Assembly: GCA_034437535.1 (NCBI GenBank)
Contig: DAOTTZ010000029.1
Coordinates: 6,367 to 70,366, forward strand
Length of the DNA: 64,000 nt
Origin: Anaerolineae bacterium
GTDB lineage: Bacteria; Chloroflexota; Anaerolineae; Aggregatilineales; Phototrophicaceae
Reading direction: 5' to 3'
Below the pieces are notes generated by a model, which worked only from the letters and a program-made list of their open reading frames with translations, searched no databases and was not told the origin of the DNA. Of the stretch, positions 35,788 to 45,861 are shown in pieces (positions within the stretch are counted from its first letter, which is position 1; the number at the start of each line of letters is the position of its first letter). Position numbers and translations under genes: made by a program.

Positions 35788-37937
35788 GGATTCATCCTTC
35801 GAAATTCAATCCAATCGATCATCAAGCCCAGATCACGGCCACCGGGTGCGGCAGTCGTCGCCGTCTCGAACGTAAGGCTCAGGTGAACCCCCTCCCCGAC
35901 CAAAGCGGCTGGTAGATCCACCGTATATTCTGCCAGGGCCGCTGGCCCCAACGCCGCCGCCCCGACGACCGTATCATCCAGGCGGATTGTCACCGTCTTG
36001 GCCCGCTGGAAGCTCTGCGCGGAGAAAGCCAACGTATACGCCCCCGGCGGTAAATCAACGTAGAGCGTGGCGGGGGTCGGTGGCTCGCCCGTCCAACGAG
36101 CGGTCAAACCGCCGAAGTCCTCACGCCAATACCAGCCCCAACCGGTGTAAGTTTCATCGGCCGGCCCACCGATGTCAACCCGGTAGATGCCCGGCTCAAC
36201 TTCCGGCGGGGTACGGGGCGGGCACCCTGCCGGGTGCCAGTGCGTGCGGTAGGCGATGGCCTGCCCTTCGATGAAGACCGGACACAACAGATCCGGCAGA
36301 CTGTTGAAGTAACCGATCATCTCGCGCACGGATTCACCGTTGGGCGATGGTACAAAATCCTTATGGATGACGATGTAACCCAGCGGCCACTCCGGGATGA
36401 TCCGCCGCAATTGTGACTCTACCAATTCCGGGTTGAGGTCAATCCGCTGGCCGATCCAACTCAAGAGCGGATCGCCCGTCCGCAGGTAGAAGAAATGCTC
36501 TAACGGTGCCCGCGCTAAAAAGCCGTTGACCATCCGCCGGCCATGCGCCAGCCCGTAATATTGAAACGCGATGGCCTCCGCATTGCCGACCAGCAATTCC
36601 CCGGTTCCAACCCCACTGGGAGCCTGCACGATGACGTAATCTTGCGCCACATCTTCCGCCCCCATCGCCGCGTAGAAGTCATACGGCGCGACAATCGGTT
36701 GGAGTGGCCCCGGTTGATACAGGCGCAAGGTCGCCACCAGCAAGAGAGCCGCCGCTGTCATCAGCCCGGCCCGGCGCGGGAGCGTCCAGCCCCGCAAGAT
36801 CGGCGTCCAGGTCTTCGCGGTGAAGATCAAACCGGCGATGACGTAAACCGGCCCCACCCGCCAGGGCATCCGAAAGTTGCCGTCGGTCAGATCGAACACC
36901 ACGCGATACGGCATCGGGATCGTCAAGCCGAAGACCTGCCAATCCGGGCCAATCGCCAGTATCATCGGCGGGAGCATGAGCGCGAACCACAACCAGCGAT
37001 CACGCGGCAGGTCATCCCGCCGCCAGCCGACGACCAGAGACGCCAGCACCGCAATCATGACGAAGCCGCCCAACGTCGGCACATCCCAGTGCCACCAGCG
37101 ATCATACGTCCATAAAAATCCGCCCGGAAACGGAATCCCCGGTCGGTCTTCCACCACGCCGGGCACAAAACTGCCATCCGGCCCCTGTAGAATATAACTC
37201 AGCGGCCCGGCGATCCACAGCAATGCCAACGCGACGGCCACGATGCCACTACCGACCGCGATGATCTGCCCCCGATGCGGACTTCGCCACAGGTCACGCA
37301 GGCCCACCGGCACGATCAACAACGCCAGCATCAGCGGAAATTGTAGATCGGTCAGCACCATCGCCCATAAGCCGATGGTCATCACGCCGCCCCAGGCCAG
37401 CGCGCGCCGGATCTGCCCGGTGTTGATCGCGCTGACGACCTGCCGCCACAACAACAGATGCACCGGGAGCCAGAACCAGCCGATCAGGTTGATGTGGGTG
37501 TTGTAATAGAAGTACCGTACCAGCGGTGTCGCTTGCAGGGCCGTCCCGGCCAGAAAAGCCAATCCCGGCGAGACGCCTTCCGCCCGCAAGTACACGTAGA
37601 ACAGATACCCCATCAGCGTAATCGCCACCCAGGTGATGAGCGTCATCGCCGTCAGCGTACCCGTCACTGGCTCCAGCACTGCCCACAACGGAAACCAGAA
37701 CAGCGACAACGTGGTATAGGCGAAGTTGCCGACGAACGGATACAGGATGTAATTACTTTGGTAGAGGTCAAGGCCGGGGGTCGTCAGGGCTTCCCGCGTC
37801 CACCAGAAGTTCCAATGGAAGTGAAAGTAATCATAGCCAGCGGCCAGGCTCCCATTGGCGAACACCAGCGGGTAGATCGTTAAAAACGCCAGCATCAGGT
37901 AACCACCCAATGCCAGCGCATGATGTCGCAGGTTCAA
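35784..37937 (-). CDS. large polytopic GT-C-type membrane glycosyltransferase-like protein
   Basis: TTG start with AGGAG SD. ~12-14 TM helices with Trp/Tyr-rich loops, then ~250-aa C-terminal soluble domain. Confidence 0.55.
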   Translation of the reverse strand: MNLRHHALALGGYLMLAFLTIYPLVFANGSLAAGYDYFHFHWNFWWTREALTTPGLDLYQSNYILYPFVGNFAYTTLSLFWFPLWAVLEPVTGTLTAMTLITWVAITLMGYLFYVYLRAEGVSPGLAFLAGTALQATPLVRYFYYNTHINLIGWFWLPVHLLLWRQVVSAINTGQIRRALAWGGVMTIGLWAMVLTDLQFPLMLALLIVPVGLRDLWRSPHRGQIIAVGSGIVAVALALLWIAGPLSYILQGPDGSFVPGVVEDRPGIPFPGGFLWTYDRWWHWDVPTLGGFVMIAVLASLVVGWRRDDLPRDRWLWFALMLPPMILAIGPDWQVFGLTIPMPYRVVFDLTDGNFRMPWRVGPVYVIAGLIFTAKTWTPILRGWTLPRRAGLMTAAALLLVATLRLYQPGPLQPIVAPYDFYAAMGAEDVAQDYVIVQAPSGVGTGELLVGNAEAIAFQYYGLAHGRRMVNGFLARAPLEHFFYLRTGDPLLSWIGQRIDLNPELVESQLRRIIPEWPLGYIVIHKDFVPSPNGESVREMIGYFNSLPDLLCPVFIEGQAIAYRTHWHPAGCPPRTPPEVEPGIYRVDIGGPADETYTGWGWYWREDFGGLTARWTGEPPTPATLYVDLPPGAYTLAFSAQSFQRAKTVTIRLDDTVVGAAALGPAALAEYTVDLPAALVGEGVHLSLTFETATTAAPGGRDLGLMIDWIEFRRMNP

Positions 37938-37945
37938 ACAGGCTC

Positions 37946-39532
37946 CTAGGGATCGTTGGCGACGTAATCTTCACATTCGCCGGTAAACCACATCCAGGTC
38001 GGGCAATCCGGGTCTGGGGCCATGCTCCGCCGCAGTTGGAGCAATTGCGTCTTACACAGATATTGCCCATTCTGGTACGCGATGATCTCATAGAAGATCG
38101 TCGGCTCTTGCACGCCGTTTTGATTCAAAGCGGGGGTCATCGTATCCACCCGGACGTTGGGCGTGGCGGTCGGTTGCTCGAACGTCCAGATCAACTCTTG
38201 CTCGTAATTGTACAGCCGGAAGTCGTAGCTGGTCGCGCCGGGGGCCGGATCCCAGTAGGCCCGCACATAACCAAAGTGCATAATATCCAGCGGATGCGTC
38301 GGGCGGAAGCCGGGACACTCCAACGACTCGCCGGGCCGGGCGTCATTCGAGACGGCTTGTGCCGGGGCGGTCGTCGGTTGAGGCGCGACAGGTTGCGCCG
38401 CCGGGCTGACCGTCGGCACCGGGGTTGCCGTCGGGCTATATTGCACCTCTGCCGCCATCAGCAAGCGTTGCAGGGCCTGGTCTACTTCAGTCTGGGTGGG
38501 CAATGCAACCGCCCGCAGAACAGGATCCGCCGCTTCTAAAAATGCCAGCGATTCCAGCCGTTCCGGGCGGATGCCAAGTGTGCGCCGCCAGGTCGCTTCG
38601 CCGTCGGTCGTGCAATCGAACACGAACGTGCTCAACCCGCGAGAGAGGCTGAAGGCCCCGGCATTGAGCGCGACATCGCCTTCCAGCGTATCCAAGCGAG
38701 TAAAAGCGCAGGTTGTCGCTTCCAGGCCGTCGGTTTCTGGTGGCAAAAAGACCTGATACCGCGCCATCCACCGGTCATCCGCCATGAAGTCGGCCAGCGT
38801 GCGCCGGTCTGTGTGGAGTGCGACCGTCCCCGCCAGCGCAAAATCTGCCCCGTTAACCTGCATCGGCACCGGTTGCGCGTCGGTCGCGGTCTGCACCAGC
38901 AAGATGCTGTCGTCACATCCATCGCCCATACGAAGTGCGAAATCCTGCATCGGCGTGCGGATGGTACTATCGACCGATGGCAGATCGCCCAGCCCATCCC
39001 CGCTGACGAGATCCGCCCGGACCCAGGCAAATTGTCCGTCATAGGCGACCCGCACCCAGGTACGCGCTGTATTCCAGGCATCGGCCTGAAGCTCGTCACC
39101 CTGGTTGAGCGTCACCACCACCGCTTGATCGGTAGCTGGCCCTTCGCGCAGGTTCACGTTATAGATGGCCCGCACCAGACGCGCCGCCGTCGCATTAAAG
39201 CGGGCCGTCGGCGGTACCACATCGGTCAAGGCCACATCACCCAGGCCGATCATCGTCACACCGGGCACGGCATCCGGCAAAGATGCGGAGACATTCGCCA
39301 GCACAAAACCGGCCTCATCGCTGGTGATCGTCGCATTTTCTGCCAGGGAAACAAAAATGCCCGACGAGTCGAGACCTGTACAGGCACTATCACGCGGGGT
39401 CGTCGTACAGGCCGCCGCAATTTGTGCCAGCAGATCACCCCAATCGTCCGGGCAATCCGATTGGGCGGCGGCTGTCAGCGTGGGGGCCAACAGCACCACC
39501 CCGGTTATTATCAAGAGGATCCGTTTGACCAT
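37946..39532 (-). CDS. secreted Cys-containing protein with SH3b-like domain
   Basis: Signal peptide MVKRILLIITGVVLLAPTLTAAAQ. SH3_3-like block AIYNVNLREGPATDQAVVVTLNQGDEL...WVRV...AWVRADLV. Pro/Thr/Ala linker. Stop overlaps the SD of the GT-C gene. Confidence 0.6.
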   Translation of the reverse strand: MVKRILLIITGVVLLAPTLTAAAQSDCPDDWGDLLAQIAAACTTTPRDSACTGLDSSGIFVSLAENATITSDEAGFVLANVSASLPDAVPGVTMIGLGDVALTDVVPPTARFNATAARLVRAIYNVNLREGPATDQAVVVTLNQGDELQADAWNTARTWVRVAYDGQFAWVRADLVSGDGLGDLPSVDSTIRTPMQDFALRMGDGCDDSILLVQTATDAQPVPMQVNGADFALAGTVALHTDRRTLADFMADDRWMARYQVFLPPETDGLEATTCAFTRLDTLEGDVALNAGAFSLSRGLSTFVFDCTTDGEATWRRTLGIRPERLESLAFLEAADPVLRAVALPTQTEVDQALQRLLMAAEVQYSPTATPVPTVSPAAQPVAPQPTTAPAQAVSNDARPGESLECPGFRPTHPLDIMHFGYVRAYWDPAPGATSYDFRLYNYEQELIWTFEQPTATPNVRVDTMTPALNQNGVQEPTIFYEIIAYQNGQYLCKTQLLQLRRSMAPDPDCPTWMWFTGECEDYVANDP

Positions 39533-39607
39533 CTGCTATCCTCGCTCATCTAACGTTAAGTCATCGAGCATAGCATACCGATCAATCCGGAATAGATCAA
39601 GATGGGG

Positions 39608-40264
39608 TCACCCGCCGCTTGCTTCGCTTTCTGTCTCTGGTTCATCGGTCGCGGTCGGTTCCGCCGTCGCTTCGATCACGATCTCATCCGGGATCGCATC
39701 AAGCGGCGTGAAAACCGGGTCATTCTCCGATTCAATCGTCCAGGTCATCGTCGCTTCATCAAACACAAAGACGTGCCCACCGTAATAGCTGTTCAAGGTG
39801 TGGGTGCCGGGGCCGGGTGTGCCGTTTGCGTTGGCTTCACCCGCCATGTAAGTATAGCGCGTCTCGAAGCCGAACTCCGGGTCGAGTGCCCACCCCAGGC
39901 GCAACCGCAGATCATCATTGGTACGCCACAACTTGCCGAACCCACGTTCCGGTTGCACCAGGCCATCCGGCGTGCGGACGGAAGCATCCAGGGCCGGTTC
40001 GTCGTCCATCCAGGTGTTCTCGAAGACTTCCCAGGTGCCGCTGGTCAGTGTGTCGTCATCATAGTACAGCACCCAGATGCGATCATTGGGTTGCAGGTAG
40101 AACATGCGCCCATTCTGGAAGATTTGCTCTGCCACGATGATCTCGTAATCGGTCAACCGGGGGAACGGCTCCACCGTCGGATCTTCATTTTGGGCCAGGG
40201 CCGGTGCCAACATCGCCAGAACCAGGGCGAACACGCCCATCACACCTAAAAATCGAATTCGCAT
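39608..40264 (-). CDS. secreted hypothetical protein
   Basis: Signal peptide MRIRFLGVMGVFALVLAMLAPALAQ. Acidic C-terminal tail. Confidence 0.5.
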   Translation of the reverse strand: MRIRFLGVMGVFALVLAMLAPALAQNEDPTVEPFPRLTDYEIIVAEQIFQNGRMFYLQPNDRIWVLYYDDDTLTSGTWEVFENTWMDDEPALDASVRTPDGLVQPERGFGKLWRTNDDLRLRLGWALDPEFGFETRYTYMAGEANANGTPGPGTHTLNSYYGGHVFVFDEATMTWTIESENDPVFTPLDAIPDEIVIEATAEPTATDEPETESEASGG

Positions 40265-40442
40265 AAGATCTCCTCTGCTTGACTAAACATTACGCTTGCC
40301 ATTATATGCCGGGGTTTGTTAGAAATGTATGATAGCGTAGGGTGATCGTAGCTTCGTTGTTGTGATAAATATCACTAGAGCCTGGCTCATAAAGCATTTA
40401 GAATAGACAAGCGAATGCGAAGGATAGTTGAGTATACATTAC

Positions 40443-41198
40443 ATGATGCGATTGACATTAGGGCTGGCGGTTCTCCTCTTGACGGTGGCCGCCTGTGGGT
40501 CAAGGGCGGTTGAACCCGTCACCAGTAACGAGGATTGGGAACCCGTCACCCGTGATTTTAACGGTTTTACGATGGTGCAGGTGCCGCCGGGCTGTTTCTC
40601 TATGGGCAGTGATTTTGGGCGGCGTGACGAACTGCCGGAACACGAAGTCTGCTTTGAGCAACCGTTCTGGATCGACCAGAACGAGATCACCAACGCTCAA
40701 TATGGCAGTGAAGGCCCCTTCCCAGGGGAAAACAAGCCACGCACCAATATGACCTGGGTCGAAGCACGCGATTTCTGCACAGCGCGGGGGGGGCGTCTGC
40801 CGACTGAGGCCGAATGGGAGTACACCGCCGCTGGCCCCAGTGATTGGATCTACCCGTGGGGTGGAGAACTGGACAACGAACTTCTGATCTTCGACCGGAA
40901 CAGCCCCGGCAACCCCGCTGATGTCGGCAGCCGGCCAGAGGGTACGTCGTGGGTCGGCGCGAATGACATGGCCGGCAACGTCTTTGAGTGGGTCTTGAGC
41001 GAATATGAAGCCTACCCCTATGACGTCAACGATGGCCGCAACGACCCCGCCAATGACCTGGCGCGGCGTGTTTACCGCAGTGGAATTTATAGTTATATTG
41101 ATTACGGAGTCGCCAACTCGATTCGCTTCTGGTTGCGCGGCTATAACCGTGATTGGTTTATCGGTTTTCGTTGTGTTGTTATTGAAGAGGAGCAGTAA
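40443..41198 (+). CDS. formylglycine-generating-enzyme (FGE/SUMF1)-family lipoprotein
   Basis: Lipobox LLTVAACGS. MVQVPPGCFSMGS, RLPTEAEWEY, YPWG, GNVFEWV, GFRCV. Start is ATG 40443 or the upstream TTG 40428. Confidence 0.8.
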   Translation: MMRLTLGLAVLLLTVAACGSRAVEPVTSNEDWEPVTRDFNGFTMVQVPPGCFSMGSDFGRRDELPEHEVCFEQPFWIDQNEITNAQYGSEGPFPGENKPRTNMTWVEARDFCTARGGRLPTEAEWEYTAAGPSDWIYPWGGELDNELLIFDRNSPGNPADVGSRPEGTSWVGANDMAGNVFEWVLSEYEAYPYDVNDGRNDPANDLARRVYRSGIYSYIDYGVANSIRFWLRGYNRDWFIGFRCVVIEEEQ

Positions 41199-41203
41199 TT
41201 TCG

Positions 41204-42388
41204 ATGAAACAGTTCACTTTGATCCTGGCTCTTTTGTTGATCGCTGTCGCGGGCGTCGGCGCACAGGATGACGAAGCAGAGACCGTACCGGACGAGACCC
41301 GCTTCGACCCGGCAGATTACCAATGGACACAGGTCGTCGCCGGGTTGGATAACCCGATCTTGCTGACGAACGCTGGTGATGGCACCGGGCGCATGTTCGC
41401 AGTGGAGCAAAACGGCTTTGTCCTGTTGCTGGAAGATGGCACCTACAACCCGGAGCCTTTCCTGGATGTGACCGAAGCCCTGCCCCGCACCGTGATTCAA
41501 GGCCGCTATTCTGAGCAGGGCTTGCTGGGTATGGCCTTCCACCCGGAGTTTGCGACCAACGGCGAATTCTTCATCGCCTACACCAAGCAAGATGGTGGAT
41601 TGGTGGTGGCACGCTTCAACGTGCTGGAAGACGACCCCAACCGGGCCGACCCGGAAAGCGGCCAGGAAGTGCTGGTACTGGATGAACCGTTCGACAATCA
41701 CAACGCCGGGATGCTGGCCTTCGGGCCGGATGGCTACCTGTACGTGGCGATTGGCGACGGCGGCGGCAGTGGCGACCCACTCAACAACGGCCAGAAGGCA
41801 GATAATTTGTATTCCTCCATCATCCGCATCGACATCGACCAGGAGCCTTACGCCATCCCGGAAGACAATCCCTTCCTGGATGACGACCGCTTCGCACCGG
41901 AGATCTGGGTGATGGGCCTGCGGAATCCCTGGCGGTTTAGCTTTGACCGCGAAAACGGCGATATGTACATCGCCGATGTCGGCCAGGAACGATTCGAGGA
42001 GATCAGCTTTGTGCCGGGTGATGTCAACGGCGGCTTAAACTTCGGTTGGGCAACCTATGAAGGCAACGAGATCTTCAAAGCGGAGATCGAACCCGTGACA
42101 GATGTCACCCCGCCGATCATCGCTTACGATCATAGCTTCGGCTGTTCCGTGACCGGCGGTTACGCCTATCGCGGGGAAGCCCTGGCAGAACTGGACGGCG
42201 TTTACATCTACGGCGATTATTGCAACGGCAACATCTGGTTCGCCTATCAAGACGAGGATGGCGAATGGCAGGATGATCTCATGTGGATGAGCGAGTACGT
42301 CATCTCATCCTTCGGTGAGGACGAGGCCGGTGAGGTCTATCTGGTGGATTATAAGGGCGAGATCTACCGTTTAGATCGCGCCGAGTAA
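41204..42388 (+). CDS. PQQ-dependent soluble sugar (glucose/sorbosone) dehydrogenase-family beta-propeller
   Basis: Signal peptide. GLLGMAFHPEF, FGPDGYLYVAIGDGG, GLRNPWRFSFD. Confidence 0.8.
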   Translation: MKQFTLILALLLIAVAGVGAQDDEAETVPDETRFDPADYQWTQVVAGLDNPILLTNAGDGTGRMFAVEQNGFVLLLEDGTYNPEPFLDVTEALPRTVIQGRYSEQGLLGMAFHPEFATNGEFFIAYTKQDGGLVVARFNVLEDDPNRADPESGQEVLVLDEPFDNHNAGMLAFGPDGYLYVAIGDGGGSGDPLNNGQKADNLYSSIIRIDIDQEPYAIPEDNPFLDDDRFAPEIWVMGLRNPWRFSFDRENGDMYIADVGQERFEEISFVPGDVNGGLNFGWATYEGNEIFKAEIEPVTDVTPPIIAYDHSFGCSVTGGYAYRGEALAELDGVYIYGDYCNGNIWFAYQDEDGEWQDDLMWMSEYVISSFGEDEAGEVYLVDYKGEIYRLDRAE

Positions 42389-42442
42389 GCACTTCATCAA
42401 CCGGGGGCGATAGCATAGACTATCGCCCCTGTGGCCACTGTG

Positions 42443-44320
42443 CTATTCTCCCGCCACATCCACCCGGAGCGTGTAATCAACCGGCACCGTCGTCACCGGC
42501 GCGAAGGGTGACACCACCAACACCGCACGATCTGTCCCCTCTTTAAGCGGCAAACTCCAGCCTTGTGCGGGTGCCTGCCAGCGCGTAACAGACTGTACGA
42601 TCCCCTGGTTGAGTTCGATCACCTGCACCCAGGCCCTCTGCGGCAGGATGTTGTCGATCAACAGCCAGCCTTCCGCCTGCCAACCGCCGCCGTCTGCTTC
42701 CAGATCGCTAAAGTACCCAATCTCCGGGATAGCGATGTCGTCAAGGGCGATGCCGTGTTCGGTCACTGCGTCATCGGTGATGTACTCAAAGCGGAGCAAG
42801 ACCTCATGCCCGGTGAAGCCATCCAGCCGGATAGATTGGTCGATCCAGCCGTCGCTATATCCGCTGTAACCAGCCCCATACGCATTGCCGAATGGATTTT
42901 CGGTGGTCATATCCGGTGTTTCCAGCAGGGTCCAGGTCGCGCCGTCATCAATGCTGGCACTGACGTAAGCGTAATCCCATAGTTCTTCGATGGCATACCA
43001 CGTCTTGAACGTCAACGTCGCAGAATCCACGTCGCGCAGGTCAAAGGAACGGGTTAACCGGGTGTTGCTGGTATCGGCCCGGTTGCTATACCACAACCGC
43101 TGACCGCTGGCCGCCGTCGTCGGAATCAAGCCGACGGTTTCCGGCGCATCCAGCATCACATCGAGCTTATCCCCATCCTGCAAACCGTCGATCTCGTAAT
43201 AGGCCGCGCTGTACTGGTTGGCTGTAACCTCCCAGGTGTAAGGCACAGGGCTACCCACCCGCTGGATGGTCGGGCGGCTCACTGGCAGGTCATCGGGGTA
43301 ACTGTACCGTCCATCTTCGAAGGTCTCATCCTGTATGTAGGTTGCCAGCACCCAATCCGCGAAAAAATCGGGGGCGTCGGTCGCCGGGTCGAGCGTTTCC
43401 AGTGCGGCCTGAACTGCCAGCAAGCCGTTATCGGTCTGCCCGCTCAGTTCACGGATGCCGTCTTCGCCGTAACGATGATAAAAATACGTCACGAACATAA
43501 AGCCAGCCCCATAATTTGCGCCGCGATAATCGTTAGAGAGGCCGAACGTGTTCAGTTGCACCTCCGGGCTGAACGTGTACATGCTGGTATAGCGGAATGA
43601 ATCCTGATAACCCAGGTAATATTCGGTGAAGGTAGAAAAGCCTTCGTTTAACCAGGTATCCTCGTTGGTATCCAGGTTATGCCGGATCATATGCTGGAAC
43701 TCGTGCGCCAATGTGCTGGCGATGCTCCCGGCGGTGATGCTGGGGTACGCGCTCAGGTTGACAAAGAACATCTCACGCTGGTTGCTCGGCGTGACGACGG
43801 CATCCGGGTAAGTGTGCCGCTGGGCGAAATACGCCCCCACGCCGGCCCCCAGATTATAAGCGAAAAGCACATGCAAGCGCGAATCACCATCTACACCGGG
43901 CGTCGCTTCCGGCCCCCATAAGGCCCGCACCGGCTCGTAGATCACCTCGTCGAAGGTCTGCGCGACGGCCTGCGCCTGCTGGTCACTGACGGGTGCGCCC
44001 TGCTCCACCCAAATGTAAACATGCTCACCAATCGCCCGCAGATCCGATTCCACCGGGAACGTCTCAAACGTGAAGGCGTTCGACGCCCATAACGCCTCAC
44101 GGTCACCGACAGCGTATTGCGGCGGCGTCACCGAGAGCCAATCTCCCATCGCTACACCGCGAAAACGACTCGCCAGGTCAACCGGGTCATTCAGCGGGAT
44201 GTCGGTCGTGGTCAGGTCGCGGTACGTCGGGAAGTCCAGCGGATCAGTCTCGGTCTCCTGCGCCTGCACGGTCAACACACCAAGCAGCATCGTGATCGTC
44301 ATCAATAACCAGAATTTCAT
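42443..44320 (-). CDS. secreted zinc metalloprotease (HEXXH...E gluzincin-type; M6/M30-like, family uncertain)
   Basis: Signal peptide MKFWLLMTITMLLGVLTVQAQ. HEFQHMIRH...NEGFSTF. Large C-terminal beta-rich region. ATG 44320 with AAGGA SD. Confidence 0.65.
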   Translation of the reverse strand: MKFWLLMTITMLLGVLTVQAQETETDPLDFPTYRDLTTTDIPLNDPVDLASRFRGVAMGDWLSVTPPQYAVGDREALWASNAFTFETFPVESDLRAIGEHVYIWVEQGAPVSDQQAQAVAQTFDEVIYEPVRALWGPEATPGVDGDSRLHVLFAYNLGAGVGAYFAQRHTYPDAVVTPSNQREMFFVNLSAYPSITAGSIASTLAHEFQHMIRHNLDTNEDTWLNEGFSTFTEYYLGYQDSFRYTSMYTFSPEVQLNTFGLSNDYRGANYGAGFMFVTYFYHRYGEDGIRELSGQTDNGLLAVQAALETLDPATDAPDFFADWVLATYIQDETFEDGRYSYPDDLPVSRPTIQRVGSPVPYTWEVTANQYSAAYYEIDGLQDGDKLDVMLDAPETVGLIPTTAASGQRLWYSNRADTSNTRLTRSFDLRDVDSATLTFKTWYAIEELWDYAYVSASIDDGATWTLLETPDMTTENPFGNAYGAGYSGYSDGWIDQSIRLDGFTGHEVLLRFEYITDDAVTEHGIALDDIAIPEIGYFSDLEADGGGWQAEGWLLIDNILPQRAWVQVIELNQGIVQSVTRWQAPAQGWSLPLKEGTDRAVLVVSPFAPVTTVPVDYTLRVDVAGE

Positions 44321-44353
44321 CACATTTGTCCTTCGGGTTAGGCGTTCAGTTGG

Positions 44354-45319
44354 TTATACATCGGCGGTAACGGTCAGTTGCGCGGTCGGCCCGCCGTGAT
44401 CTTGTATGATGTAACCGACCAGTTCCGGGGCCAGGATGCGCCCGGTCAACGTCCAGATCGTGCCGTCATGCACTTCGTCTTCCACCACGCCGCCACGCTC
44501 GGCAAAATCCGCCTGGACTGCCGCCTGACGCTCTAGCGGGCACCGCACCTGCACACGTACCGTCGGCGTCACCACGCGCAGGTTATCATGCAGGACGTTG
44601 TTCAGCGCGTACTCGGTAGCCGATGTGACCGCCTCGACCGTCGCCAGCGTCGGGCCGAATAACGCCTCGGTCGGGTCGCCTTCGCCACCGGCAAACGTCT
44701 TATCAATGGTGCCGAAGATCCAATCAAAAAAGCGGAAAAACGGGTTGGCGGTCGCCTCCGGCTGAGATTTCGCGGTGCCACTCCCCAGGTTACGGTTGAG
44801 CGTCGCCTCGATCAAAGTGATCTTGACATCCCCCAGCGGATGATCCTGGGTGGCGGCCACCACCCCCGCCCGCTGGAAGGCCGCCCGGAGCAGAGCATCC
44901 GGCAGGGGTTGGGCCAGTTGATTCTCAAACAGGATGCCGCCCTGGGCCTCAGTATGGGTGATTCGGATCAAGACCTGGGCGGTGGTGCCGTTCTCGGTGG
45001 TGTAATCTGCCCGGCGTTCAGCATCATGGATGAGCTGTGACCGCTGGCCCAGCCCGCCACTGATGGCTGACCAGGGTTCGAGCGTGCAATCAGTCTCACC
45101 CAGCAGGGCGCGGACGGTATCGATGGCTTCATCATCTGGCATGGTGAGGATCTGGCCGAGTGGTTGCAAGATCTGGACATCCAGGTCAGGCAAATTCTGG
45201 ATGATCTCACGCAGGGCGTCCTGGCAGGGGCTACCGGCGGCATTATCCGCCCGCAGGTCGAACCAATCCGCCACATTAACCAGGCGCAGGTGGGGCGGAA
45301 TATATAATCGGTCGGTCAT
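44354..45319 (-). CDS. EF-G domain IV/V-like protein lacking a GTPase domain
   Basis: PLGDVKITLIEATL...VTPTVRVQVRCPLERQAAVQADFAERGGVVEDEV...TIWTLTGRILAPELVGYIIQDHGGPTAQLTV follows the EF-G domain IV / EFG_C pattern ([26 protein letters not shown]...AEVPLAEMFGYATDLRS). No P-loop or G-domain motifs. ATGA-coupled to the upstream NfeD-like gene. Confidence 0.55.
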   Translation of the reverse strand: MTDRLYIPPHLRLVNVADWFDLRADNAAGSPCQDALREIIQNLPDLDVQILQPLGQILTMPDDEAIDTVRALLGETDCTLEPWSAISGGLGQRSQLIHDAERRADYTTENGTTAQVLIRITHTEAQGGILFENQLAQPLPDALLRAAFQRAGVVAATQDHPLGDVKITLIEATLNRNLGSGTAKSQPEATANPFFRFFDWIFGTIDKTFAGGEGDPTEALFGPTLATVEAVTSATEYALNNVLHDNLRVVTPTVRVQVRCPLERQAAVQADFAERGGVVEDEVHDGTIWTLTGRILAPELVGYIIQDHGGPTAQLTVTADV

Positions 45320-45816
45320 ATGTTAAGTTGTCCTTCCTCTCCGGCAGGCGTGACGATCCAATAGGCATCGTCTTCACCAGTCATTACGACTGGCGTCCCG
45401 ACGGTTAACGTCTCATCATCGGTCATCACCGCGTAGACCTTATCCCCAAAGCGGGCTTCGCCGGGGTCACCGGGGGTGATGTCGGTCAGCATCTCGCCGA
45501 CGGTCTGCTGATGCAGGTCGTGCAGACGGCGGCGCACATCGGCGTTCAACGTACCGAACGTCGTCCGTGTGAACAAAATTGTCACGAAAGCCGTCGTCAA
45601 CAGACTATACGGAGCCTCCCAGCCGAGTGCGACCGTAATCAACCCGGCCCCGCCGAACGACGACAGGGCCGACGCCAGCAACATCCGGTTGAGCAAGGCC
45701 CGCCGCTGGTCGGCCTGCCACTCATGCACATATGGGAACCCACGAACCGCTAAGATTACCAGCGATGCGCCACCACTCAACACGGCTACTGCATACAATC
45801 CATTTAACCAGGTCAT
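45316..45816 (-). CDS. NfeD-like membrane protein (short form: TM helices plus C-terminal OB-fold)
   Basis: ATG 45816 (track TTG 45843). Three TM helices, then ...GEARFGDKVYAVMTDDETLTVGTPVVMTGEDDAYWIVTP, typical of the NfeD C-terminal beta-barrel. Confidence 0.55.
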   Translation of the reverse strand: MTWLNGLYAVAVLSGGASLVILAVRGFPYVHEWQADQRRALLNRMLLASALSSFGGAGLITVALGWEAPYSLLTTAFVTILFTRTTFGTLNADVRRRLHDLHQQTVGEMLTDITPGDPGEARFGDKVYAVMTDDETLTVGTPVVMTGEDDAYWIVTPAGEEGQLNI

Positions 45817-45861
45817 TGGCCCTAATCGTCTGTGTTCACACAATCACCCTGGATTATACTC

